DNA from: Ginglymostoma cirratum | Lineage: Eukaryota | NCBI GenBank assembly: GCA_024137785.1 | Contig: JAHRHZ010000061.1 | Span: forward strand, 1,948,066 to 2,012,065 | DNA: 64,000 bases | Direction: 5' to 3' | Part shown: positions 57,090 through 64,000 of the stretch, in pieces | Layout of the letters: each line of letters opens with the position of its first letter | Position numbering within the stretch: position 1 is the stretch's first letter | Translations under genes and position numbers: made by a program | Notes under the pieces: generated by a model | Told to the model about the DNA's origin: nothing | What the model saw: only the letters and a program-made list of their open reading frames with translations | The model's database searches: none

Positions 57090-59280
57090 GAATCCAAAAC
57101 TGGGATCCTGAATCTAAATAAAGAGAATGATGATGGTATGAAGTGTGAATTTGCAAGGACAGATCAGGGGATCTTACTGAAGGAGGTATCACTGGATAAA
57201 CAATGATTATTGTTTAAAGAACATGTGTTTGAATTGTAACAATTAGTCTTTCCTGTCTGGCACAAATGGCTCAACCGTGGCTTACAAAATAAATTAGAGA
57301 TAGTATTAGATCCAAAGAGGAGACATGTAAAAAGCAGCAAGCCTTATAATTGAGAGGACTTTTGAATTTAGCTAAAGGGAACAAGTTTAACAAGAAGTGG
57401 AAAATAGAGTATGAAAGGAAAATCCCAGGGAACAAAGAAACAGATGATAAAAGCCTCTATAAATATCTGAAGGGAAAAGGATTAGTAAAGACAAATGTAG
57501 ATTTCTTACAATGGGGAAATAAAGAAATAGCAGAAGAACAAAACACACAACTTTGATTCTGTCTTCACAAAAGAAGGCACAAATATCTCCCTGAAATGTT
57601 AGGAAACCAGGAATATAGCATGAAGGAAAATTTGAAGGAGATCAGTCTTAGTAAGAAAATAGTGATGGGGAAGTTAATGGGGTTAAAGACTGACAAATTG
57701 CTAGAGCCTGAAATCTACTTCCCAGAGTACAAAAGGAAGTGGTCCTGGAAATATTGGATGCATTGATGATCATCTTCAAACATTCTGTCGACTCTGAAAC
57801 AGCTCCTCTAGATTTGATTTACTATTTAAAAATGGAGGGAAAGGGGAAAAAAAACCATTACAGACCAGTTAAGCTTAACCCTAGTAGTGGGAAAAATGCT
57901 GTTACAAAAGACTTGATAACAGAAATTTGCAAAGATTGGACAAAGCCAGCATGGGTGTATGAAAGTCAAATCATACTTAACAAATTCATAGAATATTAGC
58001 ATCCCTACAGTATGGAAGCAGGCCATTCTGCCAATTGAATCGCATGATCCTCTGAATGGCATTCCACCCTGACCCACCCACCAACCACTCCCTGTAACCC
58101 TGCATTTCCCAAGGCTAATCCACCTAACCTATTTATCCTTAGACACTATGGGCAATTTAGTATGGCTAATCCACCTAACCTGTACATCTTTGACTGTGGG
58201 AGGAAACTAGAGCACCTTAAATAAACCCATGTGGACATGGCAAGAACATACAAACTCCACACAGTTGCCTGAGGGTCCCTGGTGCTGTGAGGTGGCCGTG
58301 TTAACCACTGAGCCACTGTGCCACCCATTATTAATTGCGTTTTTTGAGAATGTAACCAGTAGAAAAGATAAGGGATTTAGAGGAGGTGGTTGTATTTGGA
58401 TTTTCAGTAGGCTTTTGATAACGTCCCTCATATGAGGGTTATGGGCAAAGTGAATCCAATGGGATCACAGGTAATCTATTAGCATGGATCAAAAATTGGT
58501 TGACGAACAGAAGGCAGAGAGGAGAAATAATGGATCTTTTTCCATACGGCAGGCAGTAACTAGTGGGGTACCATAAGGGCCAGAGCTTGGGCTCCAGCTA
58601 TTCACAATAACCTGAACAAAGAAACTAATTATAACATTTCCAAATTTGGTGACACAAAACTGGAGGGTATTGTGAGATATGAGGAAGATGCAGGGAGGCT
58701 TCAAGGTAGTTTAAACAAATTGAGTAATTGGACGGACACAAGCCAGTTATAGTACCATGTGGGTAAATGTGAAATTATCTGTGTGAAAGGGAGAGTATTG
58801 TTTAAATGGTGAAATGTGGATGTACAAAGGAATTGAGGTGTCCTGGTACACCAGTCAATAAAAGTAGGAGCCAGGTGCCGGAAGTCAACAGGAAGGCAAA
58901 TGGTATATTGGCCTTCATTGCAGGAGGATTTAAGAAGTAAGGATAGCTTACTATTGGTAATAAGGGCCTTGGTCAGACTATACCTGGAGTATCGCATGTA
59001 GCTTTGGCCTCCCTACCTAAGAAAGGAAATACTTGCCATAGAGGGAATGTAGTTTCACCAGGCTGATACCAGGTATGGCAGGTTTGTCCTATATGGAGAG
59101 AATGGTTCAACTGGGCCTGTATCCACTAGAGTTTAGAAACATGAAAGGGAATCTGATTGAAATGCATTAAATTCTAACAGGGCTGGGCAGACTGGATGCA
59201 GGGTGGATGTTCTCCCTGGATGGCAAGTCAAGAACCAGGAAATAAACTTTCAGGATTCAGGGTTGAGGAATGAGATGAGG
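57090..59280 (+). mobile_element. Degenerate CR1 ORF2
   Basis: PWLT, YRPV, TSGVP and FTRLIPG-type remnants. Confidence 0.8.
57992..58326 (-). mobile_element. HE1-type SINE inserted in CR1
   Basis: Same family as 3950-4258. Confidence 0.88.
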
Positions 59281-59504
59281 AAAATGAAAAATACTTATCA
59301 CTGAAACAAGTTACTGAATAACTTACTATGGCCTGTTCTGCTAAATGCCTATGCAATTACTGTTGTACCATCCAATGGACATCTGCTCTCCTCTGGCCTG
59401 CTGCTCTAACTGATGGGATCTCCCTACTGATCCTGATACTGAAGCAAGAAGAAATACAGTGAGCAAATTGTGTTAGCACTAGCATCACCGCTATATACTA
59501 TAGG

Positions 59505-59818
59505 GACTACGTCTCCCTCTTATACAAAGGATGTTGTGAAACTTAAAAGGGTTCAGAAAAGATTTACAAGGATGTTGTCAGGGTTGGAGGGTTGAGCTAT
59601 AGGGAGAGGCTGAAAAGGCTGGGGATACTTTGCATGCAGCGTTGGAGATTGAGGGGTGACCTTATAGAGATTTATAAAATCAGGTGAGGCTTAGATAGGG
59701 TAAATAGACAAGGTCGTTTCTTCTGGGTGGGGGAGTCCAAAACTAGATGTCTGGTTGGCATGGTTGAGTTGGATCGATAGGTCTGTTTCAATGTTGTATA
59801 TGTCTATGACTCAATGAT
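59505..59818 (+). mobile_element. CR1 3' fragment with internal deletion
   Basis: Matches 14000-14220 joined to 14430-14495. Confidence 0.8.
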
Positions 59819-62800
59819 CCAAGTCCACGTCCATTCGCAATATAATAATTGAAACCTATACACCCGGATGGATATTCCTAGTGTTTTGGCAATAAATCAA
59901 TTGTGTGGCAGAGACTTTTTAAGAAGTTCTTCACCTGTGTAATGCACAATGCTTACACCAAAGCTCTATATTTCAGTGAATCCAAATGAAGCATTTTATG
60001 AAGAAACTCAAGGCAGTCCAGAAGATAGCTATTCTGGAGGGGTTGGTGTTGGGAGTGTAGACTTCAGGGAATTGAGTGAGGAAACAAAAGTATGCTAAAT
60101 GTGATATTGTTGCGCTACTTAACTTGTCAATAAACTTCTATTTAATTTAATACATATCGTCGAAGACAGGGTTAATACTGAACTTTGCAGTAGACTGAAA
60201 TTGCTTCCTTAAAGACAAAAATCTTTCATTAGCTGCATTATCTTGAAAGCTCCATATCACGTATCATCGTTCATTTCCAAAAAAGGAAGTGTTGGCAGTA
60301 GTTATTGAGAGTTACTTACCTGATTCGGCAGCATGACAAATGTCCATCCTTAACTTCACGTAAGTTCTTCATTTTATTGTCTTTTGTGGCTTTTTTGGAG
60401 GGTATTAAATATCATGATAACATAGAGTAGAAACCAGATTTTTATAACTGACATTTTACTACCTTTAGACAGTATGGACGAAAAGGACAAATTTGCAGAT
60501 AAAAACTCTGTTTCGTAAATCGGTAAAGTGATAGAAAGAGCAATGGTTACAGCTTTGCCACTGATATTTTAAGTACTGCAAGGAACACTTCACTGTGCCT
60601 ACATGATTCTGTGAAAACTACGATTAACATTCTCATTTTCCTGTTTGACTATATCGATAAATTCTGTTGGTTTTTTTCATATGAACGAAGGTTTATCGTG
60701 AAGCACTAGTTTGTTAATTCAATTTTAACTACTAAGCAGGGCTTACGTTGGGAAAGGGGTGTCCATTGAATTTAATTTGGGATCCTGTAATTATTTTGAA
60801 GAAATGAACTGCAAATGCTGAAAATTTGAAATAGCTTTATGCTCCCATTAAGATTTCAGGTCGAGCAATATGTCATAGACTGTAATAGCTCTTGAGTTGT
60901 GTTGGAACATATCACAGCAGGGCTTACATTTACACACTGTAACACATTTTATGTTAAAATTTAGAATTGAAAAGTCCTCAGTTCACAGTTATAAAAAGGA
61001 AATCCATATTTTACAATGAAAAATGCACTTTCAGCATGTAACCATTTATAATGATGAATAATATGAAAACATGCATAATCCATATGTGCATATTTTATGA
61101 TCTCAACTTGTTGACAAATATCAAAATTACTAAAATCAATTTTCAGAGTATTTGACATGCCATGGTTTCCCACAGTAACTGAAATGTCTGTGTTCATGTA
61201 AAAATTTTAGAAAAAAATTCTAAATCTTTATATTTTACAATTATGTGCCTAAATGTAACCATTGAGTTTTTTTTTGTCATTTAAAGCTACAATTAAAGAT
61301 TTTATTTGGAGGCTACAGCATTTCCCAGACTGTGGACATATTTTTGTCCAGAGATTTGACTCTGACTATAGTTATATCTGACAATTTTTCAATCAGCAAT
61401 GGATATTATTTTCTCAGATGAATCTGTGGCATTTAGCCACGAATAGAATGATTCTCAGGCTCGTAAAATTGATTATGTTAATTTTCTAATTAGTATCATC
61501 AAAGAAAGCTGAAAGACACATCTGAAGTGTTTTTTTTAAATATGCAAGGTTGTCAGTGTGCTTTTAAATTGGTCCTTGGAGACACACACATGTAAACTCC
61601 AAATAGAAAAGTTGCTAAAACTAATGTTTGCAGAGATTGCCCAGAAAGTTCAATGGTGTCAGTGCTGGGATACCCTACTCAAACCCGTTATTATCACACC
61701 CATGTCCTGCACTCTCACTGTTGACATGATCTTCTGACTATGCATCCTTTCCAATACCAGGATCTACTGCTACCTCCATAACATTGCATATTTCCACATT
61801 GCCTCACTTCATGTGCTGTTGAATTCTGGCCTCCCCGATTTTCATTGCCCCCAATTAGATGCAGTGTCCTCACCTGCCTGGGGTCTAGCTCTCAAATTCT
61901 TGAACTAAACTTTACTATCTCTTTGCCTTTCTTTCCTCCTTTATGACGCTCCTTAAGATCAATATTTGAGCCAGTTTTTGCTCACCAGTCACAATATTTA
62001 CCTGGCACAGTAGCAATAGAAACATTTCACCAACTGTGATTTCCCCTGATAACCACAAACCAGATACACTTTAAACATTTTGACTTCTGCTGAGGGTATT
62101 CCCAAATTAAAGCTATTTACTTATGTCTTCCTCGTTTGTCTTCTTCCCCCTTCTTTAGTCAACAGGGTGTTGGTAACAATACTTCTCAGGCATCAATCAA
62201 AAAGTAGTGCATGACAGGAGATCAGCTTGACAAATCCAGAACAGTATTTGTTCTTAGATCATCCATCTCTTTCCTACTATTAGTAACAATTTGGTTACTT
62301 TTTCTCTACTAAGCTTTAGAAAAGGTAGGTTTGTCACGTAAATCTATCAGCTCTTCCTCTCTGAGATACTTGAAAGCATCTCCAGGGAAGTCAATTTACG
62401 TTTTTCAATCTCTCTCACTGTCCTTTGTTGCCGTTGTAGTAAATGCCTGACAACTGGCATTTTTTTATTGACCGGCCCCACATGTTCCTGATGCGAGCTG
62501 TGTAACTCAAAGTTTATAGTATCCTGTTTTGTAGTTAGGTACCAGATTTGCTGATAGTGCTCCCACGAAGCATTTTTAGGAATTTCACAAAGTTAAAGAT
62601 GCTAGACAGATGTCGGTCATTAACAGCCGAGAAGCCTCAATAAGGAAATCCACATCCTGTACTCCCAAATAATATGTCTGCACAAATTCACAAAGGTGTG
62701 AGACCAAAGCATTGCAGCCCTGCTGCCAAATTGCAGAAGCTCCACCACAGTCAAAGACAGGAGCATTCTTTAGAGCAAGTAGAGCCCAAGAATGTTCTTT

Positions 62801-64000
62801 GTGCTGCTCAGACAGGATGGATGAGGAAATACAAAGATTCTTCCACAATGGTGAAGTGTAAGGGACCATAAGGAATGAGTAGACGGCTTTGGATGGAAAT
62901 GGCTGTCATTGATGGAGCATGGGGGTTGTGTGGGGGTGACGGGGAGTGAGGGCTGGAGGAATATTTTGTGCTTCGTGCTTTTATTTTCATTTTTGACCAT
63001 GGTGCCTGAACCCAGGGGCTGGTTTTCTGGCCAGTGTGTCTCAGGAAGTGGCAGCCTCCTGTGTTCTTCCCGGCTTGCCCGACCTGACTCCCAATCCAGT
63101 CGGCTCCTCCAGAGAAAATAAAAGGTGCAGGCCGCCATTTTTACAACTCAGATTCATGGAAGTGGGATTTTCCCACATCTGCACTCAGGAACAAAAATCA
63201 GGGCCTGAGTACTGAACTCCAACTCCAAAATGTTGTGTACCTACTGCTAGGTCTTGTCAGTTTTAAAGTTGGTAAAGGATAATAACATAAGTTAAAGTTA
63301 TAGAGGATCATGGATTTCAATCCCCAAAGCCAGGTAATGTTTCCAGTCTATTGCTTAAAAAATAGAATTTGACATATCCAGTTACTGCATTCCTTTACAT
63401 GTTCCTTTAATACAAAACACTGTGTCCTCTGTTTTCCCATGAGTACTGCCAAGGATTTCAGCTATTAATTATGAAAAATAATATGGATTGTGGCTCAAGG
63501 GCATGGAAGATTGCTTTCTTGTTTGAATGTGATACCATATAATCTAATGATTCTTTTACATTTTATATCCATTGCATTTAGAAACTTATTAAAATAGGAC
63601 AATTCTGCATTTAAATGTACATTAATCTGAAATGGAACCTTGAAATAATACGTAGAAATTCACGTAAGCTTTCCTTATTCAATTAAAGTTTACTAATTGA
63701 GTTTAATAATTAATAATTTGGTGAATTTCCATATTTGAGTATGCTTTCTAGGAATGTTTACACTGCTTGTGAAGGACATCAAGCTGCACGAATAAAAGTT
63801 GTGTTCTGTAACATTGTTGTGGGTATAAATTGAAAATTTACTGCTGTTAGTACTAAGCCAATGCAGTAAATGAACGTACTTCTCATCTAATTGTAATTCT
63901 CATGAAATGCCATTATAATTAGTACTTTAGTTACAAAAAAAGCCTAAAAATGCACAAAATAAATTCTTGAACCTAACAAACTATCAGCCGTATTGTGTTT

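Noticed and set aside
1-64000. CRISPR arrays, rRNA or prokaryotic systems
   Set aside because: The sequence is vertebrate with spliceosomal introns; no repeat-spacer arrays or rRNA-like segments were seen

Overview
Vertebrate genomic DNA, almost certainly from a shark. The repeat content points that way: CR1/HER1-type LINEs, HE1-type tRNA SINEs, Penelope-like elements, a Deu-domain SINE and solo LTRs. Most of the window is decayed, often nested retroelements. One host gene can be assembled by hand on the minus strand inside a TE-poor island at about 17.7-25.5 kb. It has five canonical GT-AG exons, all joined in phase 1: leader 25163-25109, Ig V 23942-23568, Ig C1 22994-22686, TM 21599-21510 and cytoplasmic 19660-19512. 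Together they give an open 325-aa type I receptor. Its V domain is CD28/CTLA-4-like (FHIPPP FG loop, extra internal Cys pair, germline GNKT G strand) but has Phe in place of the B-strand Cys. It is followed by an antigen-receptor/MHC-type C1-set domain and a tail with YVNV, SNYSFI and YENT motifs. Other notable items are a single-ORF LINE with a tRNA-like Pol III head, whose short derivatives occur in the window as SINEs, and Penelope pLTRs carrying minimal hammerhead-ribozyme cores. TE boundaries are read by eye and are approximate unless a TSD is quoted.
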